A stretch of DNA of 64,000 nucleotides from an uncultured cyanobacterium (GCA_963710605.1 CAVQBA010000004.1:512001-576000); one strand, 5' to 3'; shown: positions 41,343 to 51,862, counted from the stretch's first letter. Notes: a model not told the origin generated them from the sequence alone. Numbers and translations are program-made.

Positions 41343-42122
41343 TTAAACGTATCTAGTCAAATTAACACGATAACGCTCTTTTTTAGTTAATTGTACTTCG
41401 CCTATTTCTAATCTACCTTTACCACGAAAAGAAATTAAATCTCCACTTTTGACATTACGACTAGGTTGAGTAACATCTTTCCAATTAATACGTACATCCC
41501 CATTACTAACCGCATCAGCCATTTTACTACGAGACATACCAAAACCGAAAGAAGCAACTGCATCTAAACGTAAAGAAGCCTCTACTGTCGTCATTTCTTT
41601 TTTCTTAGGAGGGCGTATTTTTAAATCAGTCAATTCAATCCGACGAGTTTTAACTGTAACTGAGCGTACTTGTACTAAAGAAGCCTCTAAAAAGTCAACC
41701 ATTTCTTCAGTTACAATGACTTGAGCACCTCTTTCACCTAAGACAATAATATCACCTACTTTTTCTCTGACGATACCTGTACCCAAAATTGAGCCAAGAA
41801 AATCTCGATGAGTAGCAGTATCAAATAAAAAATTACCCGCAATATCTAAAGCAACTAAGCCAATTTGAGTATTATCTGCTGGTATTTCTTCTCGATGCAC
41901 ACCTATTCTTTGTCTTTCTGCTTGAGGATAACCACCCCAAGGAATAATCTTAATGTCTGTTAATGGTGTAAATATTTGATTAACTTCAGCTAATACTGGA
42001 GGGGAAAGAAAATCAGTAACTACTAATTCCCATATTTTTAAGGCTTTCTCTGCTTTATCTATAACTTTGGCTATCTCTTCAACGTTTTCTACTTTTGCCA
42101 GTAATTCTTCTCTAGGTAACAT
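41343..42122 (-). CDS. Photosystem II S4-domain protein (YlmH/Sll1252 family)
   Basis: TDFLSPP, GGYPQAER, HRDFLG, SLRLDAV, RGKGR. Confidence 0.92.
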   Translation of the reverse strand: MLPREELLAKVENVEEIAKVIDKAEKALKIWELVVTDFLSPPVLAEVNQIFTPLTDIKIIPWGGYPQAERQRIGVHREEIPADNTQIGLVALDIAGNFLFDTATHRDFLGSILGTGIVREKVGDIIVLGERGAQVIVTEEMVDFLEASLVQVRSVTVKTRRIELTDLKIRPPKKKEMTTVEASLRLDAVASFGFGMSRSKMADAVSNGDVRINWKDVTQPSRNVKSGDLISFRGKGRLEIGEVQLTKKERYRVNLTRYV

Positions 42123-42461
42123 AATTTGCGTCAATACTAATAATCATTTGCCACGATTAACTATTTTAGTCTCACAAACGATCGTTTTACTGATTAATTT
42201 TATCTTGCTCAATACTAAACATCTTTTCTAGTTTTCTCATAAATCTACTGTTTTTATCTTGATTTTTAGTTAGATTTGTTACATTTCTTATTGTGATTGA
42301 GATAGATTAATTATTTATAACTCGTAAATTGTGTATGAAGGCTGGGTTTTAAGGAAAAACAACAAAATTAGTAAATTATTAAAAAAAATTGCTTAAGTTA
42401 AGAAAAATCAAGAAATTAGAAGTTATAATAAATATAAGCACAAAAAATATTATTTATACTT

Positions 42462-43007
42462 ATGCAATCCTCAACATTAAAATCTTTGGCTTCTAATATA
42501 ATCAAGCCTAATTACGAAGCTAATTTTTGGTCTCAAACTTCATGGGCAATATTACGTACTGTTGTCGGTATCATGATGATTCACAACGGTTTTGATAAAC
42601 TCGGTAACGTAGAAAGTTTTGCCGAAGCTTATGTTGCTTATATTGGTTTACCTTTCCCCATCTTTTTCACTTACGTAGCGGCATATACTGAAATTGTTGG
42701 TTCAGTATTAGTTATCTTAGGTTTATTCACTCGTCCTGCGGCATTAGGATTATTTGGTACGATGTGTGTAGCAATGTATCACCATATTCTTGTAGCAGGT
42801 TTAAGTATTCCTTATTTAGAATTATCTGCTATCTATGCATCTTGTTTCCTATTCTTGCTTGTTAATGGTGCTGGTTTATTTTCTACCGATGCACTAATTA
42901 TTAACTTATTCAACAATAATGCTTTAAGTAAAAAAGCAAAACAAGTTATGTTATTAGAAAAAGCATATCAAATCGAGAACAAAGAAGATCAAGTAGTTAT
43001 TAAATAG
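42462..43007 (+). CDS. DoxX family membrane protein
   Basis: LRTVVGIMMIHNGFDKL, EIVG..LGLFTR, GAGLFSTD. Confidence 0.9.
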   Translation: MQSSTLKSLASNIIKPNYEANFWSQTSWAILRTVVGIMMIHNGFDKLGNVESFAEAYVAYIGLPFPIFFTYVAAYTEIVGSVLVILGLFTRPAALGLFGTMCVAMYHHILVAGLSIPYLELSAIYASCFLFLLVNGAGLFSTDALIINLFNNNALSKKAKQVMLLEKAYQIENKEDQVVIK

Positions 43008-43063
43008 TCATTATCATTGTAATATTTACTTCTAAATATAGAATAATCACTAAATAAAAAAAT

Positions 43064-43100
43064 AAGGCTGTGTGGACAAATTTATCCATACAGCCTTTTT
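43064..43100 (+). terminator. Rho-independent terminator after doxX
   Basis: AAGGCTGTGTGGA/TCCATACAGCCTT stem followed by T run. Confidence 0.75.
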
Positions 43101-43277
43101 CGTATCTTTAATATTTAATTTTATTTTTTATCTGTCAAAATCTGTTACAACTTTCAACTTAATATCAAATCCGATAAATTTTAGATTAAGACAAAATAGC
43201 TATTGATTAAAAGCTCAATTGATTAATCTTCAAATAACGTCATTTTTACGTTAACAGATTACCTCAAAAGTATTTGA

Positions 43278-43655
43278 TTATAATTGAGTGACACTACAAG
43301 TTAAAGGACAAGAAGCATAAATTGGATTGGTATTCAATTGCTTTTTCTCTCTTAACCAACCTAACCACTTAACTTCTTTTGGGTTGACTCCCCTAACAGC
43401 TAACAATACTGAGCTAACCATAATAACCATCATGATACCGCCTCCAATTGCCGCAGAGACTAAAAGAATTGCACTAGCTGGTAACACTGATTGTAAAATT
43501 ATGGCTGACAATACACCGACTGTCATTAAAACTACGACTAATGGAAATCCGATGACGAGGAAACAGACTGTTAGAGTTAGTGTCCAGATGAAAAAACTCT
43601 TAGCCATTGATAATAAATAACTATTGGGCCAACTACCTTGATTTGATATTTGCAT
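43278..43655 (-). CDS. Conserved cyanobacterial small membrane protein
   Basis: Hydrophobic core, ends YASCPLTC; start uncertain. Confidence 0.7.
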   Translation of the reverse strand: MQISNQGSWPNSYLLSMAKSFFIWTLTLTVCFLVIGFPLVVVLMTVGVLSAIILQSVLPASAILLVSAAIGGGIMMVIMVSSVLLAVRGVNPKEVKWLGWLREKKQLNTNPIYASCPLTCSVTQL

Positions 43656-44109
43656 TATTTTTGTACTCCTTGAAGATTTTGATTTTGACAACAACAAACG
43701 ATTTTTATAAAGTTTTCGTAAAACTTAAGCATAAACAACTAGGTTTTGTTTTGCTATATTCTCAGTATATGAAAGATTAAGTGAAAATGAGTAGTTTTGT
43801 AATATTTTTTAACAGTAATTCTCAAAAAAAACTAGAATTATTGCTGTATAAGGCTTTAAATATTTTTATCTCAGAATAGAAACTATTTTATTAATTATCT
43901 TCTTAATATTTGTTTACATAATCTTTCTTTTTTCTCAGGTTTAAGTTGTTAGATAATTAATAATTAATCCTTTTATCTATAGTAAAGAATAAGATGCTTG
44001 AGGCTAATAGATTCTCCTAGCCCCCTTAATTAAGCCAAGATATCTTAAATATAATCTTCTAAGTAACTTGTTTCTTGCTATATCTATTATCTGTTTACGG
44101 TTACTTTAG

Positions 44110-44936
44110 TTAGATTGTGGTAGGTAAGGTTTGTTGAAACTGAGTATAAAAAAGGTTTTGGTAATAGTGTAAAACCAAACCAATTAAACCTAATTGGGCG
44201 ATTGATAATTCTCGATCGATATTGGAAAATTGAGTACAAATATGATTATGAGATTCTAAAACTAAAAAAAGAGCTTGTAATTGATACACAACTGTATCAA
44301 TCTTGATTTTAGATTTATTTATTTGCTCTATTAGTAAGATTAAATTTTTAATAACTTTTGTGTGAGGATAATTACCCATGTAAAATAGATGATACTGTTT
44401 AATGTTAGGTTCAATTATTTGCCATTGATTAAGAGAAAAATCTAAATTATTAATCGTAATTATTTGTTGTTGATGAGCTGATGTTAGTAAAGAACAACAA
44501 CGAGCATGAATATAATAATCGATAAACTTAATTTGACGATCGCTGCAGCGCCTGGCCGATCGTGTTTCAATTGAAATGAGTCCTTAATTAAAACAGGATA
44601 TTGAGTCAATTTATTCAAATACTGAGCGATGAGATACTTATTTACCGAAAACTCTAGCCAACCTTCACCAGATACATTTGTGGTAAAATCTTGATTACGA
44701 TCGTCTTCGTTGTTGTATTCATTATTGAGTTGAACTGCTATTTCGTTTGCTAATTGAAGTGAAGTTTTAGAAGTTGATTTAGCTAAAGTAAAACAATAGG
44801 CAGTCTGATAAATTACCTTTTCAGGATGCTTATTCAATTTCAAATCAGGTTTTCGAGTAATTAATGTATCAGTAATATCAAGCTGTTGGATTACTAAATC
44901 TAATTTTTGACTAATTACACGATCGAGAAAAGACAT
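44110..44936 (-). pseudogene. ArgRS-related DALR anticodon-binding domain protein split by a 20-bp insertion (268 aa if removed)
   Basis: GWLEF motif in 5' part, YIHARCCSLL motif in shifted frame, continuous with ORF 44110-44379. Confidence 0.8.
44537..44562. mobile_element. Very small insertion flanked by duplicated CGATCG
   Basis: CGATCG-CTGCAGCGCCTGGC-CGATCG; removing 20 bp restores the frame. Confidence 0.75.
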
Positions 44937-45093
44937 AGCATCAGTTACAAAATCTTATTTTATTCTCAAAGTATTATCTGTAGCTAGACTTTAAGAAATG
45001 GGTATTAGAGGAAAAAAATATCTACCGAATCCCCCCAAACAACTGTTTACAAACCTACTCCTGAAAACTAGATGTGTAGATGGGTAGATGTAA

Positions 45094-45126
45094 AAATCCC
45101 CGTTACTTTAGCATCAGGAGTGTCAA
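45094..45126 (+). mobile_element. Degenerate IS200/IS605-type right-end remnant
   Basis: AAATCCCCGTTACTTTAGCATCAGGAGTGTCAA resembles the tnpB-element terminal hairpin ending in TCAA. Confidence 0.4.
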
Positions 45127-45162
45127 AGTCTGATATTTAAGACTTAAAAAAAAATCGATCGT

Positions 45163-45306
45163 TTATCTAACTTTGCCTGTTTTGATTTGTTGTAACAAGA
45201 TATCTAATTTAGTTTGTAAACTCATGTATTTAAGCTGTTGATCTGCTTGATATGCTTTTTGTAATTGTTCTAGATTAGAAAATTGTGATTTTATTTGAGT
45301 TGTCAT
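45163..45306 (-). CDS. 47-aa small protein (not in ORF track)
   Basis: MTTQIKSQFSNLEQLQKAYQADQQLKYMSLQTKLDILLQQIKTGKVR; helical; promoter-like elements upstream. Confidence 0.6.
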   Translation of the reverse strand: MTTQIKSQFSNLEQLQKAYQADQQLKYMSLQTKLDILLQQIKTGKVR

Positions 45307-45354
45307 ATATAAATTATTAATTATCTTGGTTTGTTAACAAATGTTAAAGACTAT

Positions 45355-45396
45355 ATAGTAACCCAAAAATTCCTTTTGTGTGTAACTTTGACTACA
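45355..45396 (-). promoter_or_regulatory. Putative NtcA-activated promoter
   Basis: TGTA-ACTTTGAC-TACA (45381-45396) and TACTAT -10 on the minus strand at 45360-45355, 21 nt spacer. Confidence 0.6.
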
Positions 45397-45500
45397 AAAT
45401 ATCAAAAAGTTAAATTTGTTGGAAAAAATCATTAAATCCTTTTAACCAATTGAATAGGTAGAGTCAGTTTGCTCATTAGAATTAATTACAAATAATCATT

Positions 45501-46661
45501 TTAGTTATTATTAATAATGACGACAGGTTCAATATTTTGTTTCGTTTCGATCGCTACACGAATCAGTAATCCAGCCAAGACAAAACTACTCATAAACGAA
45601 CTACCACCATAACTAAGAAAAGGAAACGGTAAACCAGTAGTTGGTAACGAGCCTGTATTGACACCAATATTAAGTAAAGATTGACCAATCAGAATAATGG
45701 TTGTACCCATCGCCACTAAACGATTAACCGGATTAATACATTTAATTGAAACAATCAAACCGATCGTACTATAAGTAATCAATAATAATAGTAATAAACA
45801 AGTACCTAAAAACCCAAACTCTTCAGCAAAAATAGCAAAAATAAAATCAGTATATTGAAAAGGAAGATAAAATAACTTTTGTTGAGACATACCAAAACCC
45901 GTACCAAACTTGCCACCTGAGCCGATCGCCAACAAACTTTGAACTAATTGATAACCACTACCTCTATCATCCGCCCAAGGATTAGTAAAAGAAGTAACCC
46001 GTAGTAACTGATAAGGATTCAACGTAATACTAATTCCTGCGGTAGCAACTCCTAATAATGCCGTCATGATTAGTTGAATATAAGATATTCCTCCAGCCAA
46101 AGCCATCAACCATAATGTCATACCACAAAGAGAAGTAGTACTTAGATTAGGCTGTTTTAAAATACAACCAAGGGTAAAGGTGAAAATAGCTAACCAAGTA
46201 CCCTTAATCGACCAAGGAAGTCTTCTCCAACCCGAAAAAATTGTTGCTCCTTGCAAGATTAAAAAAGGTTTTAATAATTCTGAAGGTTGAATTTGAATTG
46301 GTCCTAATTTTAACCATCTTTGAGCACCATTGATTTCTTCACCAAAACCAATCACAGTAAGAAGAATTAAAAACAAAATAGCCAAATAAAACCAAGGTGC
46401 TACTTCAAGTACTTTTTTAATCGGTAGATTAATGACTATTTTATACAAGACTAAGCCAACAACAACCCAGACTAATTGACGTTTAAAATGATACCAACCA
46501 TCATTAGCTGATTCTAAGCCGACAGCATAAGACGCACTAAAAAGGGTAACTAAACCGATAAAAATCCATAAGAATGTTAGCCATCTTAATAATCTAGCTT
46601 CTAAAGGCCATTGATTGAAATCTGGTTCATAAAAGGGAATTATGTAACGAGCAATATTCAT
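45501..46661 (-). CDS. ftsW: FtsW/RodA/SpoVE (SEDS) peptidoglycan polymerase
   Basis: NGAQRW, QPSELLK, QPNLST, GYQLVQSL, TDFIFAIFAEEFG, SYGGSS. Confidence 0.88.
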   Translation of the reverse strand: MNIARYIIPFYEPDFNQWPLEARLLRWLTFLWIFIGLVTLFSASYAVGLESANDGWYHFKRQLVWVVVGLVLYKIVINLPIKKVLEVAPWFYLAILFLILLTVIGFGEEINGAQRWLKLGPIQIQPSELLKPFLILQGATIFSGWRRLPWSIKGTWLAIFTFTLGCILKQPNLSTTSLCGMTLWLMALAGGISYIQLIMTALLGVATAGISITLNPYQLLRVTSFTNPWADDRGSGYQLVQSLLAIGSGGKFGTGFGMSQQKLFYLPFQYTDFIFAIFAEEFGFLGTCLLLLLLITYSTIGLIVSIKCINPVNRLVAMGTTIILIGQSLLNIGVNTGSLPTTGLPFPFLSYGGSSFMSSFVLAGLLIRVAIETKQNIEPVVIINNN

Positions 46662-46935
46662 AATTTTAATAATAAATCACTGTTAAAAGAATAAGTACAA
46701 ACTACTATTAGTAAATGGTGAATGGAAATCAATTCTAGCGGCTAGACAATTATTCGGGGAGAATTCAAATATCCTTTGTCGTTTTTTAGGCTTTATTTTT
46801 TGTTCTTTCTTTACTCATAGTTTTGATTTGGCACTATCTAATCTTCGTCGTCTTTAGATTTTAGAGCTAAAAATCGTGACTCAGAAACTTGATTTTTTTA
46901 CCTACTAGCTATGAGCGTGATTAAGTATAGCAATT

Positions 46936-47841
46936 TTAAATATGATTGAGAGCTTTTTGTTGATTACTGATAAAGTCTTTAATATTTTGTTCAATATTCT
47001 GACAAATATTCTCTAAGGGTAAATCGTTACAATCTGTACCAAAAGGATTTTCAATTTCAATTGCGATCGCTTCTATACCATAGACAATATAACTAATTAC
47101 AGCCACAAAAGGTATTGTCCACCAATTGATTTCACCAACGTATTGAAAGGGTAAAGCCAAACAGTAAAGAAGTAATAACTGTTTGAGATGGATACTATAA
47201 GACTTGGGGATGGGTGTTTTCAAAATTCTTTCACAACCACCTACCATATTGATTAACTCGCTAATCATATTTTGTAGTTGAGCTAATTGATAAGCATTTA
47301 AATGATTCTGTTGATATTGTTTTAATAAATATTCTCCTAAATAACTAGCTACTTGTAATGGTAAATGTTGAGAATATTGTAATTTATTGTAATTAGTTGA
47401 GGATAGTAATTGACGCATTTGTTCATCTAAGCCTTCTTGTCTTAAATGATTTTTGGTAGCAAAGGCAAATACTGCTAATAAATAAAGATGACTAATTTTG
47501 TTTTGTTTTTCTTCAGGGGTATTTGCTTCGATATTCACCCACATTTGCCATGTTAGATTACGAATATTATTAACAATACTTCCCCACAATTTTCTTCCTT
47601 CCCAAAAACGATCGTTTGCCGAGTTAGTACGAAACACTAATAGTAAACCTAGCACAATCGTCGGAATTAGACTACTTAATGTGGGTTGACCTACAGGTAA
47701 ACCATAATTGTGTAAAATACAAACAAATAAAGTTAAAATAGCAAAAAACAGCGATTTCTCCCAAACATCAGCCCAAATAGAATATTTAATTGCAAAGGCT
47801 CCTCTAAACCAAGATTTTCTTCTCTTTACTAAACCCTTCAT
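46936..47841 (-). CDS. Bestrophin family channel
   Basis: LLVFRTN, RFWEGRKLWG, CERILKTPIP, IENPFG-D-NDLP. Confidence 0.92.
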   Translation of the reverse strand: MKGLVKRRKSWFRGAFAIKYSIWADVWEKSLFFAILTLFVCILHNYGLPVGQPTLSSLIPTIVLGLLLVFRTNSANDRFWEGRKLWGSIVNNIRNLTWQMWVNIEANTPEEKQNKISHLYLLAVFAFATKNHLRQEGLDEQMRQLLSSTNYNKLQYSQHLPLQVASYLGEYLLKQYQQNHLNAYQLAQLQNMISELINMVGGCERILKTPIPKSYSIHLKQLLLLYCLALPFQYVGEINWWTIPFVAVISYIVYGIEAIAIEIENPFGTDCNDLPLENICQNIEQNIKDFISNQQKALNHI

Positions 47842-47937
47842 ATTTGTTTTCGTCTTCAATTTGATTGCAAATAATTATATTTAACCTCAAATACAAGACT
47901 ATCTCAAGATAAATTTTGACGAAGAATCAAGACTCAA

Positions 47938-48387
47938 TTAAACGATAAAGTTATTTGCTTCCCCAAAACAAGCCTGACGACTACGAGCATCATAATATAA
48001 ATCAGCTAGGGTAATTTGAAAAACTGCTTGGGTAAATTTTTGGTTTAAGCGTCGCCAAAGACTAACCGTTACCCAATCTTCGGCTGAGTTATGGTTATTG
48101 TTGTTGTTTTGAGTCGAAATAGGCTCTATTTTGTCTCCCACCGCAATTAATATATCCCCTAAAGAAATATCCTCAGGTGCTAACGCCAACTGATAGCCGC
48201 CTCTTGCACCCCTAATTGATTTGATTAAACCTGCACGCCGTAGCTTAAGTAATATTTTTTCTAAATAAGGTGCAGGTAATTGTTGACGATTAGCGATCGA
48301 ATTCACAGATACTGGCTGATGAGAAGGTTGAAGACTTAAATCTAATAATGCCTTAACTGCATAATGCCCTTTTTTAGTTAATTTCAT
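47938..48387 (-). CDS. Rrf2 family transcriptional regulator
   Basis: MKLTKKGHYAV, YLEKIL, SIRGARGGYQL. Confidence 0.93.
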   Translation of the reverse strand: MKLTKKGHYAVKALLDLSLQPSHQPVSVNSIANRQQLPAPYLEKILLKLRRAGLIKSIRGARGGYQLALAPEDISLGDILIAVGDKIEPISTQNNNNNHNSAEDWVTVSLWRRLNQKFTQAVFQITLADLYYDARSRQACFGEANNFIV

Positions 48388-48996
48388 GGGAGTAAAGATT
48401 ATCGAATCAGAAAACTAATCTTGATCATAATTTAAATGCTTTAGTGAAGAAAGTATTAGTATAAACAAATTAGAGTACAAAGCCTTAAAAAAATAGAATT
48501 TTAAATAAGTTCAAAGTAAGTATAAATAATAACAAAATCAATATTTTATTCACTTTTATTGTAGTATTATCAATAACTATGATAATCATAACTTATGACA
48601 TTATAATTCAAATTAATTTTGATGTATTTTAAATTACTTACAACCTATTTTTTAAGTTTAATACTGTTTGATAAACATTTAAAGTATGATACGGTCAAGC
48701 TTAAAATACAGTAGAAAATGCTTTGTATAGGTAAAAATACTGTTTTTTGAGAATACTTCAGTTAGAAAAGATTTACTATATCTTTTTTTAAGAATCTCTT
48801 GTATATACTTCATCTATTAGTTATTCCCAACTTATTGTATTATTAAGATATTAATTTAATTGAATTAATAAAAAGTTTTAGCTTAATATTTTGGTATATT
48901 ATAGTTAATGAACAAAGATAAAAAACTATTTTGTATGTATCGTCGAAATAGACTGTTTAAAAATATTTAAAATCAGATAGCACTGAATAAAAGTAA

Positions 48997-49374
48997 ATGC
49001 CCAATAATAAAAACAAAACCTTAACAGGGAAAGATTTACTCAAAAAAGTTAAAAAATTAGGTAGTGTTTCCCGTGAAGAAAAAGCGATCGAATGCGGGTA
49101 CTATAGCATAGCTGAGAATGGACAAAAAAGAGTTAGTATGGTCAAATTTCTCAATGCTTTGATTGAAGCTGAGGGAATTGATTTAGATAACGAAAACTCG
49201 TTTGAAACTAAAAAAAGAGGGCGTAGTGCTAATTATCGCATTAAAGTTCAATCTAACTGCAATCTATCGATCGGTAAAGCTTATACTGAAAAAATGGGAT
49301 TAAAACCAGGTGATGAATTTGAAGTTATTTTAGGACGTAAAAACATACATCTTAAACAAATAGAAGAAGCATAA
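48997..49374 (+). CDS. Cyanobacterial AbrB-like regulator (cyAbrB)
   Basis: LTGKDLL, CGYY, FLNALIEAEG, VQSN-NL-IGKAYT, LKPGDEFEV. Confidence 0.92.
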   Translation: MPNNKNKTLTGKDLLKKVKKLGSVSREEKAIECGYYSIAENGQKRVSMVKFLNALIEAEGIDLDNENSFETKKRGRSANYRIKVQSNCNLSIGKAYTEKMGLKPGDEFEVILGRKNIHLKQIEEA

Positions 49375-49461
49375 ACTAATAAAATAATTTCACAGGGGAT
49401 TAACACAGATAGATAAAAAGGTAATTAATCAAAAAAATTGATTATTTAATAAACTCTATTT

Positions 49462-50430
49462 CTATTTTTGCCCCGGTAACTTACGACTAACTTTGGCTGG
49501 TATTAACACTCTATCTCCTTGGTAATAGCCTATCCAACGTACATAAACAGATTCTCCTTCAGAAATATTTTCCTCTCCACAATCATGTATATTGGGATTA
49601 TAGGTAACTTTCCGCCAAGGTTGACCGATAGTTTCTATCTGCCATTGTTGTAATAATAATTCTAATGGTTTAAGTAAAGCAATAATATTTTTTGATGGTA
49701 AATTGTGTTTTAATTCAACCATTAGTTTAGCAGTTGGGTAGCTAATTAATAAATCATTTAATAATTCGATCGATTCAGCCTGCCAATTACTTTCTAGTTG
49801 TGTCGGTAATTGTTCTAATTTATTGACTAAAGAGCGATTTTTCGCTTCTAGTTGATCAATTCTCTCTTGATAATTTGTTGTTTGTTGTTCAAAGTCTTGT
49901 TGCGAATTAAAATATTTATTTTGAGTTAATTCTAATTGATCACTAGTCAATTCCAGTTCTGATTGTAAAGCCTCAATTTGTTCACTGAAAGTTGCCGTTT
50001 GATTCTGCCATTTTTTTTGCCCTCGCTCATACTTATTTTCTTGCTCTTGTGTTTGCTGAGCGTTAGTATCTAATTCTGATTGTAAAACTTCTATTTGTCT
50101 CACTAAATCAATTATACGCAGCTCAGAAGAGCGATTATCTTGAGCTGATGAATTAGAAACTGAATCTAATTGCGTTTGTAGTTTTTCTAACTCAGATTGA
50201 GCTACATTTAAAGCATTAGTTTGAATCTCTAGCTGTTTTTCTAGTTGTTGAATACGCTTTTGATTATTTGTTGAAAAATTATTTTTTTGATCTAAGCGTG
50301 GTGTTTTTTGCTCATCTTTACTTTGCCCAGAAAAACTCGAACTATTATTTTTAAATAAAGTTAGCAATATACCACTACCCGTAAGCCACAAAAAAAAACC
50401 GAAATAAAAATTTTGCCAATCCATCACCAA
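49462..50430 (-). CDS. Membrane-anchored coiled-coil protein with GrpE-like C-terminal domain
   Basis: N-terminal TM, long heptads, YNPNIH..VYVRWIGY..VLIPAKVSR. Confidence 0.7.
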   Translation of the reverse strand: MVMDWQNFYFGFFLWLTGSGILLTLFKNNSSSFSGQSKDEQKTPRLDQKNNFSTNNQKRIQQLEKQLEIQTNALNVAQSELEKLQTQLDSVSNSSAQDNRSSELRIIDLVRQIEVLQSELDTNAQQTQEQENKYERGQKKWQNQTATFSEQIEALQSELELTSDQLELTQNKYFNSQQDFEQQTTNYQERIDQLEAKNRSLVNKLEQLPTQLESNWQAESIELLNDLLISYPTAKLMVELKHNLPSKNIIALLKPLELLLQQWQIETIGQPWRKVTYNPNIHDCGEENISEGESVYVRWIGYYQGDRVLIPAKVSRKLPGQK

Positions 50431-50620
50431 AAAAATATTGCCACAGCAATTACTAGCTTATCTCAAATAGGAAAAACAATGACCTAATCTCGATAAGTTG
50501 AAAAATTCAAATATAAATAAAAAGCCTCCATAGAGAGGCCATTTAGAGACAAGACAGTTGATTAATTTCTTTTGTGAGTTGTTTTCTACCCTACCATTGA
50601 CTAATCAATTATCAAAAAGA

Positions 50621-51763
50621 TTAACTATTAATTGGGGTTTGACCGAAAGTTGGTGAATCAAGATTAAACTTAAAAGCGATCGCATCAATAATAGCTTTTT
50701 CTTCAGGAGTAATTACATTATCCAACTGAGCAAAATAATAACATCTAGTTAAAGTTAAAGAAGCAAAATCAGCCGATAATTGCTCTAACAAAACATCCAA
50801 AGGCTGAGGATTTTCTAGCTTAGTCGCCACAACTTTAACAGAAGAAGGAGAAACTTTTTCTAAAGTACGTAAAATCTCTTCCCATGATTGCCCATCAGGA
50901 TAACTAGCCAAAATCATATGAGCCAAAATTTCATCCATAATTCGAGATTGAGCTAATGCTGACTCCCAATACTCAGCCCGTTGTTTTTCTTGAGCAGGAG
51001 TTGTCATTTTTTCGGTAGTAATTGTCGGGCTAAAATATTTATACTTACCTTCATAAAACCTACAAGCAGTATAACCTAAAGCATAAAGAATAATAGCATT
51101 AGTTGAAGCACCAACTACCGCACCAATACCGGGGATAATTTCAATTAAACTAAATCCTGTTTTAAGTGCATCTGTACCTAAAGATATGCCAAAAATAGCT
51201 AGTACTTCCCCACGACGAGCAGGTTCACGTAAATCTAAGCCATAAACCCCTGCAATTTCGTAAACCATCTCAGATTGTAATCTAGTAGTTAAAGCCAGTT
51301 CAATGCCTAACATAGCCACCGCAACAGGAGGAATAATATTACTCACTAGTCCTACTTTTCCTGCTTCCCATGCTTTATCTAAAATTACTTGATTAGCAAG
51401 TTCTTCTGGTGTACTATCAGGATATTTAGCTCTTAATCTAGCCAATTTAGCTTCTATTTTGTCAATATCTACTTCTCCTAGTATCGACATCAACCACTGT
51501 AAGCCAAATACATTTTTGCACGTTTTAACAAGACTATTTTGACTAAAAGATTCTAAGGTTTCTCCTACTTGTGCTGTGGTACGTTCGACTGCTTTTTGAG
51601 TTTCGGCGGCAGTATTTGTCACAAATTCATCAACGAAGGCTAAAAATTCGATCGGTGTTTCTGGTATTTTTTGTTCTGCTAAAGGTTTGGTAGATGTGCT
51701 ACTAGGAGGAAGAGCTAAATTTTCTTGATTTTGATTGAAAGTGTTGCGTTGATTGTTGTCCAT
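50621..51763 (-). CDS. EcsC/DUF697-like protein with possible TerB-like C-terminus
   Basis: MVYEIAGVYG, IPGIGAVVGA, DNVITPEE; ORF-track N-terminus is translated heptamer repeat, so start moved to 51763. Confidence 0.65.
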   Translation of the reverse strand: MDNNQRNTFNQNQENLALPPSSTSTKPLAEQKIPETPIEFLAFVDEFVTNTAAETQKAVERTTAQVGETLESFSQNSLVKTCKNVFGLQWLMSILGEVDIDKIEAKLARLRAKYPDSTPEELANQVILDKAWEAGKVGLVSNIIPPVAVAMLGIELALTTRLQSEMVYEIAGVYGLDLREPARRGEVLAIFGISLGTDALKTGFSLIEIIPGIGAVVGASTNAIILYALGYTACRFYEGKYKYFSPTITTEKMTTPAQEKQRAEYWESALAQSRIMDEILAHMILASYPDGQSWEEILRTLEKVSPSSVKVVATKLENPQPLDVLLEQLSADFASLTLTRCYYFAQLDNVITPEEKAIIDAIAFKFNLDSPTFGQTPINS

Positions 51764-51776
51764 AATTAAAATACGG

Positions 51777-51862
51777 TTGATAGTTGACAGTTGACAATTG
51801 ACAATTGACAATGAATAATTAACTTCTTACTCATTACTCATTACTCATTACTCATTACTCAT
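51777..51862. repeat. TTGACAR and TTACTCA heptamer arrays
   Basis: Two adjacent tandem arrays in the intergenic gap. Confidence 0.85.

Noticed and set aside
51764-51811. N-terminal MSIVNCQLSTIN extension of ORF 50621-51811
   Set aside because: Translation of the TTGACAA heptamer repeat
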